Positions 1 through 10,005 of a DNA stretch of 64,000 nucleotides are shown here, piece after piece. Every line of letters starts with the position of its first letter. Positions within the stretch are counted from its first letter, which is position 1. The position numbers and the translations under genes were made by a program. Location: positions 5,148,001 to 5,212,000 of the forward strand of contig CM075998.1 in the NCBI GenBank assembly GCA_038087875.1, written 5' to 3'. This DNA comes from Malacoraja senta. Its lineage: Eukaryota. A model generated the notes under the pieces. That model had not been told where the DNA came from. It searched no databases and worked only from the letters and a program-made list of their open reading frames with translations.

Positions 1-122
1 CAGGATAATCAAAGACCATTCAAACCTCAGTCACTTCCCCTCCTCTTCTCTCCCATCAGGCCGAAGGTACAAAAGCCTGAAGCCGCCTACCACCAGATTC
101 ACGAACAGCTTCTTCCCCACTC
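1..122 (+). mobile_element. Rex1/Babar-type LINE, fragment from the 3' end of the ORF
   Basis: Translates to ...IIKD...LLPSGRRYKSLK...RFTNSFFP, matching the C-terminus of the Rex-type ORF at 47516-48022 (LPSGRRYRSLKSGTSRFRNSYFP). Confidence 0.7.
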
Positions 123-536
123 TTCATAAGATCACAAGGAATAGGAGCAGAATTAGGCCATTCGGCCCATCAAGTCTACTCCACCATTCAATCATGGCTG
201 ATCTAACTCTCCCTCCCAACCCCATTCTCCTGCCTTCTCCCCTGACACCTGTACTAATCAAGAATCTGTCTATCTCTGCTGGAGGAACTCAGCGGGACCC
301 ACTCGACCCGAAACGTCACCCATTCCCTCTCTCCAGAGTTGCTGCCTGTCCCTACTGCTGTGCTGGGAAGCTGGTGCAAAGCCCTGCCCACTACTGGTGC
401 TCTGCCCCTGGCTGTCTGTGTTGCTACTCCAGGTTGAGCTGGGTGAGATAAACTAAACTGACCTGCAGTGTCTGCAGCGAGTTATGGTGCAGCTGGAACA
501 GCAGAGGAGACTCAAGGGGCTGAATGGCCTTGATGC

Positions 537-868
537 TTCATAAGTTCACAAGTCCATAAGTTCTAGGAGCAGAATCTGGCCATTCGGCCCATCAAATCTA
601 CTCCGCCATTCAATCATGGCTCTCCCTCTGAACCCCATTCTCCTGCCTTCTCCCCATAACCCCTGACACCCGCACTAATCAAGAATCTATCAATCTCCTC
701 CTTAAAAATATCCACTGACTTGGCCTCCACAGCCGTCTGTGGCAAAGGATTGCACAGATTCACCACCCTCTGACTAAAGAGATTCCTCCTCATCTCCTTC
801 CGAAAGATACATCCTTTAATTCTGAGGCTGTGACCTCCAGTCCTAGACTCTCCCACTAGTGGAAACAT
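537..868 (-). mobile_element. CR1 (HER1-like) LINE 3' fragment
   Basis: ORF 614-868 gives the CR1 ORF2 C-terminus (MFPLVGESRTGGHSLRIKG...FSQRVVNL), followed by the CR1 3' UTR. Confidence 0.85.
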
Positions 869-1594
869 CAGGTTGTCAGATTACTAATCGTTTCTCCCAT
901 AAACTAAGGGTGTGGTCCATATCTTCCAACCTACATTGCAGACCTTGCACTTTTTTTATACTTGCACTTTCTCTACAGCTTTATCACTGTAACGCTATGT
1001 TTGACACACTGGTATTTTTCTCTTTGCACTACCTGTTGCACTCACGCATCAAAGTTTTTCACTGGATCTCGGAACACGCAACAATAATAAATGCGTACCA
1101 GTACTAATTGTTGTGGAAGTGAACATGTGCGGTGCGGCATTCTTTTGGGAGCTCAATATCTTCCAACCTACCCCACGGCACACCTTGCACTTTTTTATAC
1201 TTGCACTTTCTCTGTAACTGTATTGCTGTAACACTATATTCGACACTGGTATTTTTCTCTGCGCTACCTGCTGTGCTTGTGTCTGAGCTCAAGGAGGTGG
1301 TGGGGTTGGGGATGGTTTGGTGGCAACAAGCTTAATCGGGTCTGTACATTGGCTGATGGCGGGAATGGTTATCAGACCTTTAAGGGCGAATTTGGGATCA
1401 AGGCCAGCATTTGTGATATTAAAGGTGGAAAAATAGTCAACCAAAGACCAAAGATGGATAAGAAAGATTTAAAGGGAAGATAGACACACAATGCTGGAGT
1501 AACTCAGCAGGACAGGCCACATCTCTGGAGAGAAGAAATGTGTGACGTTTGGGGAAAGGGGGCTTTGGTATCCAAGGGGTCCAATACTTTTGAA

Positions 1595-1899
1595 GGGCGG
1601 CACAGTGGCGCAGCGGTGGAGTTGCTGCCTCACAGCGCCAGAGACCCGGGTTCCATCCCGACCACGGGTGCTGTCTGTACGGAGTGTGTACATTTCCACC
1701 GTGACCTGCGTGGGTTTTCTCCGGGTGGTCCGGGTTCCTCCCACATTCCAAAGACGTACAGGTTTGTAGGTTAATTGGCTTGGGTATAAATGTAAATTCT
1801 CCCAAGTGTGTGTAGGATAGTATTAGTGTGCGGGGATCGCTGGTCAGCACGGACTGGGTGGGCCGAAGGGCCTGTTTCCGCGCTGTATCTCTAAACTAC
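1595..1899 (+). mobile_element. HE1/V-type tRNA-derived SINE (representative of ~20 copies in the window)
   Basis: tRNA-like head (GTGGCGCAGCGG A box, GGTTCCATCCC B box), conserved central domain (TCTCCGGGTGGTCCGGGTTCCTCCCAC), CR1-like tail GGGCCGAAGGGCCTGTTTCCGCGCTGTATCTCTAAACTA. Other copies at about 2878, 6268(-), 16300(-), 17140, 19604, 21525, 23088, 26378, 32173, 33144, 33524, 34260(-), 38803(-), 39448, 41395(-), 43590, 44887, 45495, 53235. Confidence 0.9.
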
Positions 1900-3389
1900 A
1901 CGAAACATTTTAAAGGCACTTGGACAGATACTTGGATAGGAAAGGATTCGAGGCAAATGCAGTCAAAGGGAATTAGTGTCGATGGCATTATGGTCAGCTT
2001 GGATGAGTTGGGCCAAAGGGCCATAACCACCCGACACATCTATCACAATGCTTATGTCAATAAGCATTTTATTTGACGATAGATCCATTATTGGCAATAG
2101 TGTTTTACACAGGAATTGGTAATGGCCAATGGGTAATATGTGACAATAGAGGAATTAACAATTTTTCAGATCATTGGTCATAATTACAGCAACTATTAAC
2201 AATGGAGGAATGATATCAAGGCTCATTCACTCTTTGAGACAAATGCATTAATTGCAAGAACCTCAAAACTGCAGAAATACGTTGCATTGGAACACTTTTG
2301 GCTGAGAGACTTGTACTGATTGGGGATGATCAGCCATGATCACATTGAATGGCGGTGCTGGCTCGAAGGGCTGAATGGCCTACTCCTGCACCTATTGTCT
2401 ATTGTCTATTGTGTACTTCAATTGGAATACCATTTTTTTTTTCCTCGAGTAAAATTGAAGCATAACCTCTACAAGTGATGCATCAAGTCAAGCATCACTC
2501 TAGCAATATGAATGGGTGCTCTCACGGGCATTTGTTAGCCTGGTGCCCTGATGCAATTTTGGCTTCAGGAGAACATGGAGTGATATAAGAGGTGACTGAA
2601 GGATCATCTTATAGAGGTGTGTAAGATCACGAGGGGAATGTCTTATTCCCAGCGTTGGGGAAACAAGAACCAGAGGTTTAAACGGAGAGGGGAAGGATTT
2701 CTAACCTGATGGGTGACATTTTGAGTAACCTTTTAACTCAGAAGGTAGTGGTCATAAGTGATAGGAGCAGAATTAGGCCATTTGGCCCTTCAAGTCTACT
2801 CTGCCATTCAATCATGACATCTATCTCTCCCTCCTAACCCCATTCTCCTGCCTTAGAAAAATAGGTGCAGGAGGAGGCCCGGGTTCCATCCCCACTACGG
2901 GTGCTGTGTGTACAGGAGTTTGTACGTTCTCCCCGTGACCTGCGTGGGTTTTCTCCGAGATCTTCGGTTTCCTCCCACACTCCAAACACGTGCAGGTTTG
3001 CAGGTTCATTGGCTCGGTATTGGTGTAAAATTGTCCCTAGTGCGTGTAGGGTGGTGTTACTGTATGGGGATCGCTGGTCGGAACGGAACCGGTGGGCCGA
3101 AGGGCCAGTTTCTCTAAAGCTAAACTTAAGAATTAAGTTTGCCCGTAATGTAGAATTCCTGTATCAATACTTCACTTTAATGATTAAAACTGCCTACAAT
3201 TCCTGCAGTAAGTGTGCAGTCGTTCTTGGCCAAGCTGTTATTTGTTTTGAAACATGATTTTACACATGGACGAGGGATGCAAGGTGGATTCCTGCTTTGT
3301 GCCAAGTTATTTATTCTCCGTCCCTGGTTTAGGAGAGGAAAAAGTCTGCCAGAATTTCCGTATTTCATCGCCATCAAACGATACAATTG

Positions 3390-4362
3390 CGTGCGGCCCT
3401 GGTCGCCCCCCATTACAGGGAGGATGTGGGGGCTTTGGAGAGGGTGCAGAGGAGGTTCACCAGAACGCTGCCTGGATTAGAGGGTTCCAGCTACAGAGAC
3501 TTTTTCCATCGCGGAGCGGGCGAACACTTGCCAGGGGTCGCCAGAGAGGAGTGCTCCGATCGCTGGCCCGCGGACTACGACATCCTGAAGCCGCGGTCTG
3601 CGGAGCTTTTAGCCGCGGGCGCGGCGTGGACTTACTGTCCGCAGTCTGGGATCCCTCGCCGGGGAAGAGCTCCGACCGCCGGCCTGCGGCCTATAACATC
3701 CTGAAGCCGCGGTCTCCAGTAGGAAAGTGCCGAGCCGCGGAGTGTGTTCGACCGTCCCGACGTCGGAGGTTTGATCGTCCCCACGAGAGGGCCTGTAGAT
3801 CCGGCCGTCCGTAGCGGTGACTGCGGAGGTTTATGTCCCCGACCACGGATGAACAAAGGAGGAGGACTGGCTGAACATTGTTGCCTTCCACCACAGTGAA
3901 GAATGCTGGTGTAGATGTTTGTGTTAAATTTGATAGTGTATTGTGTGTCCTTTTTAAGTGTGTCGCTGCTGGCAAATTCATATCACTGCCCTGACTTTGA
4001 CTTTGACTTTGGGAGAGGTTGGACAGACTTGGATTGTTTTCTCCGGAACGTCGGAGGCTGAGCGCTGACCTGATTGAAGCGTATTAAACTATGAGAGGCA
4101 TAGATAGGTTAGACAGTCACAACCTTTTTCCCAGGGTGGAAATGTCAAAGACTAGAGGGCGCAGCTTTAAGGTTAGGGGTGGGGAGGGGGGGAAGTTTAA
4201 AGGAGATGTGCGGGGCCAGGGACTATCTCAACGTTTAAGAAACAGTTAGACAGGTGCATGGATAGGACAGGTTTGGAGGGATATGGATGTGGGCAGGTGG
4301 GACTAGTGCAGCTGGGCAAGTTGACAAGTTGGGCTGAAGGGCCTGTTTCCACACTATGACTC
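3390..4362 (+). mobile_element. CR1 3' fragment interrupted by a CpG-rich insertion
   Basis: ALERVQRRFTRTLPGLEGSSY... stops at about 3496 and resumes at 4011 (GGGAGAGGTTGGACAGAC), ending in a CR1 3' UTR. Confidence 0.8.
3497..4010 (+). mobile_element. CpG-rich, non-coding retroposon-like insertion with (GACTTT)n tail
   Basis: Sharp boundaries inside a CR1, an internal direct repeat ACATCCTGAAGCCGCGGTCT, and a tandem 3' tail GACTTTGACTTTGACTTT. Confidence 0.6.
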
Positions 4363-4635
4363 GGAGCAGCAACATATTGAAGAATAACTACTTCTTCTTC
4401 ATGCAACATTATTCCGCAGCATCAGCCGATTTAATTGCAATTAAATAGATAGTTTAAAAAAAAAAAGAAAAGTATTTTGTTAAAGAATTGCTGACCTGCT
4501 AACCTAAACTACTTAACCGACTGTATGTCATAATCATTATAGCGTATGTATGGAGCTTGAAATAATTCACAGATGCTAATCGCACATCTGATCGTCAAAA
4601 CCATTTCAGAGAGCTTGCACGTGAAGTTCAAAATC

Positions 4636-5597
4636 GGAGGTAGACAAAAGTGCTGGAGAAACCCAGGGGGTGCAGCAGCATCTATGGAGCGAAGGAAATA
4701 GGCAACGTTTCGGGACGAAACCCAGAAGGAAATAGGCAACGTTTCGGGCCGAAACCCGGAAGGAAATAGGCAACGTTTCGGGCCGAAACCCAGAAGGAAA
4801 TAGGCAATGTTTCGGGACGAAACCCAGAAGGAAATAGGCAACGTTTCGGGCCGAAACCCAGAAGGAAATAGGCAACGTTTCGGGCCGAAACCCAGAAGGA
4901 AATAGGCAACGTTTCGGGCCGAAGCCCAGAAGGAAATAGGCAATGTTTCGGGACGAAACCCAGAAGGAAATAGGCAACGTTTCGGGCCGAAACCCAGAAG
5001 GAAATAGGCAACGTTTCGGGCCGAAACCCAGAAGGAAATAGGCAACGTTTCGGGCCGAAGCCCAGAAGGAAATGGGCAACGTTTCGGGCCGAAACCCAGA
5101 AGGAAATAGGCAACGTTTCGACGCCGAAGCCCAGAAGGAAATAGGCAACGTTTCGGGCCGAAGCCCAGAAGGAAATAGGCAACGTTTCGGGACGAAACCC
5201 AGAAGGAAATAGGCAACGTTTCGGGCCGAAACCCAGAAGGAAATAGGCAATGTTTCGGGCCGAAGCCCAGAAGGAAATAGGCAACGTTTCGGGCCGAAAC
5301 CCAGAAGGAAATAGGCAACGTTTCGGGCCGAAACCCAGAAGGAAATAGGCAACGTTTCAGGCCGAAACCCAGAAGGAAATAGGCAACGTTTCGGGCCGAA
5401 ACCCAGAAGGAAATAGGCAACGTTTCGGGCCGAAACCCAGAAGGAAATAGGCAACGTTTCGGGCCGAAACCCGGAAGGGTTTCGTCCCGAAACGTCGCCT
5501 ATTTCCTTTGCTCCATAGAGGCTGCTGCACCCGCTGAGTTTCTCCAGCACTTTTGTCTACCTCCGATTTTCCAGCATCTGCAGTTCCTTCTTAAACA
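4636..5597. mobile_element. Palindromic Penelope-terminus-derived element with a central 34-bp tandem array (~23 units)
   Basis: Left arm (from 4636) is the reverse complement of the right arm (about 5477-5565). Unit CCCAGAAGGAAATAGGCAACGTTTCGGGCCGAAA. Flanks AAGTTCAAAATC / AAGTTTAAAAATC look like a target-site duplication. Arms match the 3' terminus of the GIY-YIG elements at 27.6 kb and 60.7 kb. Confidence 0.8.
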
Positions 5598-5707
5598 AGT
5601 TTAAAAATCAGTCTACACTAATGCACATTTGCAATGTGTCCCTTGACTTAGTTACAATTGTAGCTCCTCAGTTCCTGACAAAGTTGGCCCTATTTTTCAG
5701 GGAATAC

Positions 5708-5851
5708 CTTCTTCTTCTTCTTGCGTATGGCGTGCACAGCCTGAAGTTGTAAGACAACTTGTTCTATTTGATCTTATTTGATTGTGCACACCAGGTTGAT
5801 TGCATTCGTCGACAAAGGGCGGACCACGTGAAGGTTGCAATCTCCCACCCC
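5708..5851 (-). mobile_element. Short SINE-like retroposon with an HDV-like ribozyme head and (AAG)n tail
   Basis: Minus strand starts GGGGTGGGAGATTGCAACCTTCACGTGGTCCGCCCT and ends in (AAG)5. The 3' half has a stem TGGTGTGCACA/TGTGCACGCCA enclosing the hairpin AAGTTGT-CTT-ACAACTT. AATA occurs on both flanks (5703-5706, 5852-5855). Confidence 0.65.
5798..5851 (-). ncRNA. Minimal HDV/CPEB3-like self-cleaving ribozyme fold (54 nt)
   Basis: P1 GGGGUGG/CCGCCCU with a G1.U wobble; J1/2 GA; P2 GAUUGCA/UGCAAUC; P3 ACC/GGU; L3 UUCACGU; J4/2 CGAA carrying the catalytic C. P1.1 and P4 are degenerate in this copy. Confidence 0.75.
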
Positions 5852-6559
5852 AATATTCTCATCAATATGTGGGAGAGTCCAGGACCAGAGGCCAGCGCCC
5901 CCAGAATAAAAGGGCATAACTTTAGAAAAGAGATGAGGAGGAATTTCGTTAGTCAGAGGGAGGTGAATCTGTGGAACACTTTGCCACAGACGGCTGTGGA
6001 GGCCAATTCAATGGGTATTTTTAAGGCGGAGATTGACATTGAATGGCGGTGCTGGCTCAAAGGGCCGAATAACCTACTGCTGCACCTATTGTCCATTGTC
6101 TACAGTACGGGTGTAATGGGGAGGTTATGGGGAGAAGGCAGGAGATTGGGGTTGAGAGGGAGAGATAGATCAGCCATGATTGAATGGCGGAGTAGACTTG
6201 ATGGGCCGAATGACCTAATGCTGCCCATCAGGGCTGAATCCGTGGAAGGACATTTTGTTTAGTTGACTTCAAAGATACAGCACACAAACAGGCCCTTCGG
6301 CCCACCGGGTCCGCGCCGCCCAGCAATCCCCGCACACTAACACCATCCTACACTCTAGGGACAAATTACAATTATTACCGAAGCCAATTAACGTACGTCT
6401 TTGGAGTGTGGGAGGAAACCGGAGCACCCGGAGAAAACCCACGCGGGTCACGGGGAGAACATGCAAACTCCGTACAGACAGCACCCGTAGTCGGGATGGA
6501 ACCCGGGTCTCTGGCGCTGTGAGGCAGCAACTCTACCGCTGCCCCACCGTGCTGCCCAA

Positions 6560-7117
6560 ATCCATGTTCTCCACAGATGCTGCCTGACCCGCTGAGTTAC
6601 TCCAGCACTCTGTGAAACGTCACCTATCCATGTTCTCCACAGATGCTGCCTGACCCGCTGAGTTACTCCAGCACTTTGTGAAACGCCACCTATCCATGTT
6701 CTCCACAGATGCTGCCTGACCCGCTGAGTTACTCCAGCACTCTGTGAAACGTCACCTATCCATGTTCTCCACAGATGCTGCCTGACCCGCTGAGTTACTC
6801 CAGCACTTTGTGAAATGCCACCTATCCATGTTCTCCACAGATGCTGCCTGACCCGCTGAGTTACTCCAGCACTCTGTGAAACGTCACCTATCCATGTTCT
6901 CCACAGATGCTGCCTGACCCACTGAGTTACTCCAGCACTTTGTGAAACGTCACCTATCCATGTTCTCCACAGATGCTGCCTGACCCGCTGAGTTACTCCA
7001 GCACTCTGTGAAACGTCACCTATCCATGTTCTCCACAGATGCTGCCTGACCCGCTGAGTTACTCCAGCACTTTGTGTCCTTTTGTGTAAACCAGCATCTG
7101 CAGTTCGTTCCTTCCAC
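6560..7117 (+). repeat. Tandem array of a 66-bp Penelope-terminus-derived unit (~8 copies) plus terminal segment
   Basis: Unit TCCATGTTCTCCACAGATGCTGCCTGACCCGCTGAGTTACTCCAGCACTCTGTGAAACGTCACCTA; explains the 22-aa periodic ORF 6448-7119. Confidence 0.9.
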
Positions 7118-7779
7118 AAGTTTCATTCTAACTTTCTGTCAAGGCAAGAGAACAAATCATTGTGTTATTTTCTGTTTCCAATTGCTGATGTTTCAACTCT
7201 CTGTTGACACGGCGGCAATTGAAGTAAATATGAAGAGAAACACACATTCTCTAAAGTAATTCCTCAGTTCATCAGTGGGCTGTCAATGGGATGTCAATTT
7301 ACACTTATTTTCTGTCGACCCGAAACGTCACCTATTTCCTTCGCTCCATAGATGCTGCCTCACCAGCTGAGTTTCTCCAGCATTTTCATCTACCTTCGAT
7401 TTTTCCAGCATCTGCAGTTCTTTCTTCAACATTTATAACTTATCAAATCACATTTATGTACCATTCCCATCGTAAACACACATATTGTTAGGAACTTCAC
7501 TAACGCTGGGGGAAGAAAAAAAAAGTTCTGCTTGGGTCTATCTAGTCTTGAAGGTTCTTAAAAACCAAAAGAGATAGTTGCTTGCAAATCAAAATAAGGG
7601 CTGGGGAGGGTGTTAGCATTTTTTTGGGGGGTGAAAGTAAAAGCTTGTAAATGAGTGGAGCATTTTTTTTGTTTTGGGAGCCGAGCGTTTCTGTGCAAGG
7701 TTCCAGGTTTTTTCCACTGGATTTGTGATCCAAGCGCGTCAGGAAAAAGAGGACTCTTTGGAGCTGTTCCCTAACGTTG

Positions 7780-7935
7780 AGCTGCGAGTCATCAATTATG
7801 CAAGGTAACGGCACGCACTGGTAAGGCTTCAATATGGCGACAACCGCAGTTTCTCCTGCATCTTTTCAACATCTGCAGTACAGCAACGCCTTTCGGGATT
7901 TGTGTTAACACACACACACACACAAAAATGTAAGT
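7780..7935 (+). promoter_or_regulatory. SCN8A: SCN8A-type core promoter and conserved non-coding first exon (exon 1c-like), donor after 7929
   Basis: POU6F1/Brn5-like site TCAATTATGC (about 7793-7802), YY1-like AATATGGCG (7831-7839), donor AAT|GTAAGT at 7930. The run AAGGCTTCAATATGGCGACAACCGCAGT...TGCAGTACAGCAACGCC...GTGTTA resembles the mammalian SCN8A 5' UTR as I recall it (AAGATGGCGCCCACCGCAGT...TGCAGTCCGGCCGCGCC...GCGTTA). Start position is approximate. Confidence 0.65.
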
Positions 7936-8656
7936 GAATCTCTTTCCCTACAGCGGCAGGCGGTTGTTTTTTTTATTAAATTTCTCTCCCAGGGAAGAAG
8001 GGGCTGTTTTTGCAGCGGCTCCAGCCCTGGACCAGTCGCTGCCGCAGAGCGATTTTCCAGCTGTGACATAGTCTGCATCTTTGAGCAGGTTGTCTACCGG
8101 GTCTCCGTGAAACTGCAGCCCATGTTATTGCATCTCCAGCCGGCGCCCCCTCTCCCTCTCTCCCCCTCTCTCCCTCTCTTCCCCCCTCCTGCGTTGATGT
8201 TATTCTAATCATTATTCTCTATTGAAATGTCAAACCACAGACCCTCTGCGACCCCCCAGGCCCCCCCCCCAAAAAAAAAAAAAACGCTGGGGGAGGAGAG
8301 ACCCCCACCCCCACCGATGAAAATTTCAATTATTAAAGACAGATTGAAAGCAAAAAGAAAAATAGAAAAATCCTTTTTTTTTTGTTTCTTTTGCCTCTTA
8401 TTTTGCAGGTTTAAATGCATCGGAATGCACCCTTTATTATTGTCAGATCTTTTTGGTGCTTTCTGAGTAAAATAGAAAATAAAAAGGGCTGCTGCGGCTG
8501 TAAAATAAATGAGTTATTTAAAGATGCGATTACAAGGTGTGATTGTCGGCTGCAGTGGCTGTTGTGGCTCTTGGGATGTGGAATAAAGCCCGGCATAGGT
8601 ACACTGGGCTTGCCATGGAAGGTAGTGCCAATGTCTTCCCAATTCTCTTCCATTCA

Positions 8657-9850
8657 CCACCCCTTCTCCCCTCCCCTCTTTCTCCCTCCCCCTCCCTCCC
8701 CCCTCACCTCTCCCCCCCCTCTCTCCCCCCTCCCCCTCACCTCTCCCCCCTCCCCCTCACCTCTCCCCCCTCCCCCTCACCTCTCCCCCCCTCTCCCCCC
8801 CCTCTCTCCCCCCTCCCCCTCACCTCTCTCCCTCCTCTCTCCCCCTCCCCTTCCTCCCCCCCTCCCCCTCCTCCCCTCCTCCCCCTCCCCTCTCTCCCCC
8901 CTCATCCCCTCCTCCCCCCCTCCCCTTCCTCCCCCTCCTCCCCTCCTCCCCCTCCCCTCTCTCTCCCCCTCACCTCTCTCCCCCTCATCCCCTCCTCCCC
9001 CCCTCCCCTTCCTCCCCCTCCTCCCCTCCTCCCCCTCCCCTCTCTCCCCCTCCCCTCTCTCTCCCCCTTCCTCCCCCCCTCCCCTTCCTCCCCCCCTCCC
9101 CTTCCTCCCCCCTCCCCTTCCTCCCCCCCTCCCCCTCCTCCCCCTCCTCCCCCCCTCCCCCTCCTCCCCTCTCTCCCCCCCTCATGCCCTCCTCCCCCCT
9201 CCCCCTCTCCCCCTCCCCCTCCCCTCTCTCCCCCCTCTCCTCTCTCCCTCCCCCTCATCCCCTCCTCCCCCCTCCTCCCCCTCTCCCCCCCTCCCCCCTC
9301 TCCCCCCCTTCCTCTCCCCCTCCTCCCCCTCCCCTCTCTCTCCCCCTCTCCCCCCTCTCCCCCCCTCCCCTCTCTCCCTCCCCCTCATCCCCTCCTCCCC
9401 CCCTCCTCCCCCTCTCCCCCCCCTCCCCCCTCTCCCCCCCTTCCTCTCCCCCTCATCCCCCCTCTCCCCCTCCCCCTCATCCCCCTCTCCCCCCTCCCCC
9501 TCTCCCCCCTCTCCCCCCTCTCCCCTCTCTCCCCTCTCTCCCTCCCCCTCATCCCCTCCTCCCCCCTTCTCCCCCATCCCCCCCTCTCCTCTCTCCCTCC
9601 CCCTCATCCCCTCCTCCCTCCCTCCCCCTCATCCCCTCCTCCCTCCCTCCTCCTCATCCCCTCATCCCCCCCTCTCCTCTCTCCCTCCCCCTCATCCCCT
9701 CCTCCTCCCCCACCCTTCCTCCTCCCCCTGCCCCTCCCCCTCCCCTCTCTCCCTTCCTTCTCCCCCCCCCTCCTCCTCTCTCTCCTCCCCTCCTCCCACC
9801 CTCTATCCCCTCTCCATCGCCCCTCCCCCCCCCCCCCCCCCCCCCCCCCA
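8657..9850. repeat. ~1.2-kb C/T-rich polypyrimidine (G-rich on the minus strand) low-complexity tract
   Basis: Almost entirely C and T, in CCCCT/CCTCT-type units; source of the spurious Pro-rich and Gly-rich ORFs. Confidence 0.95.
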
Positions 9851-10005
9851 CTAGCGGAGTGAGCCTGTGCTTCGCTCCCCGGCCGGGTGCTCGGTGCTGG
9901 CTGGGTGGACATTGTTATTGCGGGCGGGGGGTGGGTGGGTGAGTGAGGATGCGATGCCGGTGCCGGTGCCGCCGCTTGTGAGAGTTGTTATCAGTGGAGG
10001 TGAGT
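9851..10005 (+). other. Candidate alternative non-coding first exon, donor GAG|GTGAGT at 10000
   Basis: GC- and CpG-rich unique stretch between two C-rich tracts, ending in a strong U2 donor consensus. Confidence 0.4.

Noticed and set aside
1595..1670. tRNA-like sequences at SINE heads
   Set aside because: They run directly into SINE body and tail in about 20 diverged copies; not tRNA genes.
3254..3814. 186-aa ORF
   Set aside because: Chimeric read-through of unique DNA, CR1 and a GC-rich insertion; no coherent protein.
4509..5550. 200-314-aa periodic ORFs and a CRISPR-like repeat look
   Set aside because: Pure 34-bp tandem units with no unique spacers, eukaryotic context and no cas genes.
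6560..7075. 66-bp unit as a self-contained tandem hammerhead
   Set aside because: It has GAAACGTC but no CTGANGA core (only CTGACCC and CTGAGTT), so it is not a canonical ribozyme.
8415..9942. Long Pro/Ser/Leu-rich ORFs (479, 439 and 252 aa) and Gly/Glu/Arg-rich antisense ORFs
   Set aside because: They result from the stop-free C/T tract; open in several frames with no domain signal.
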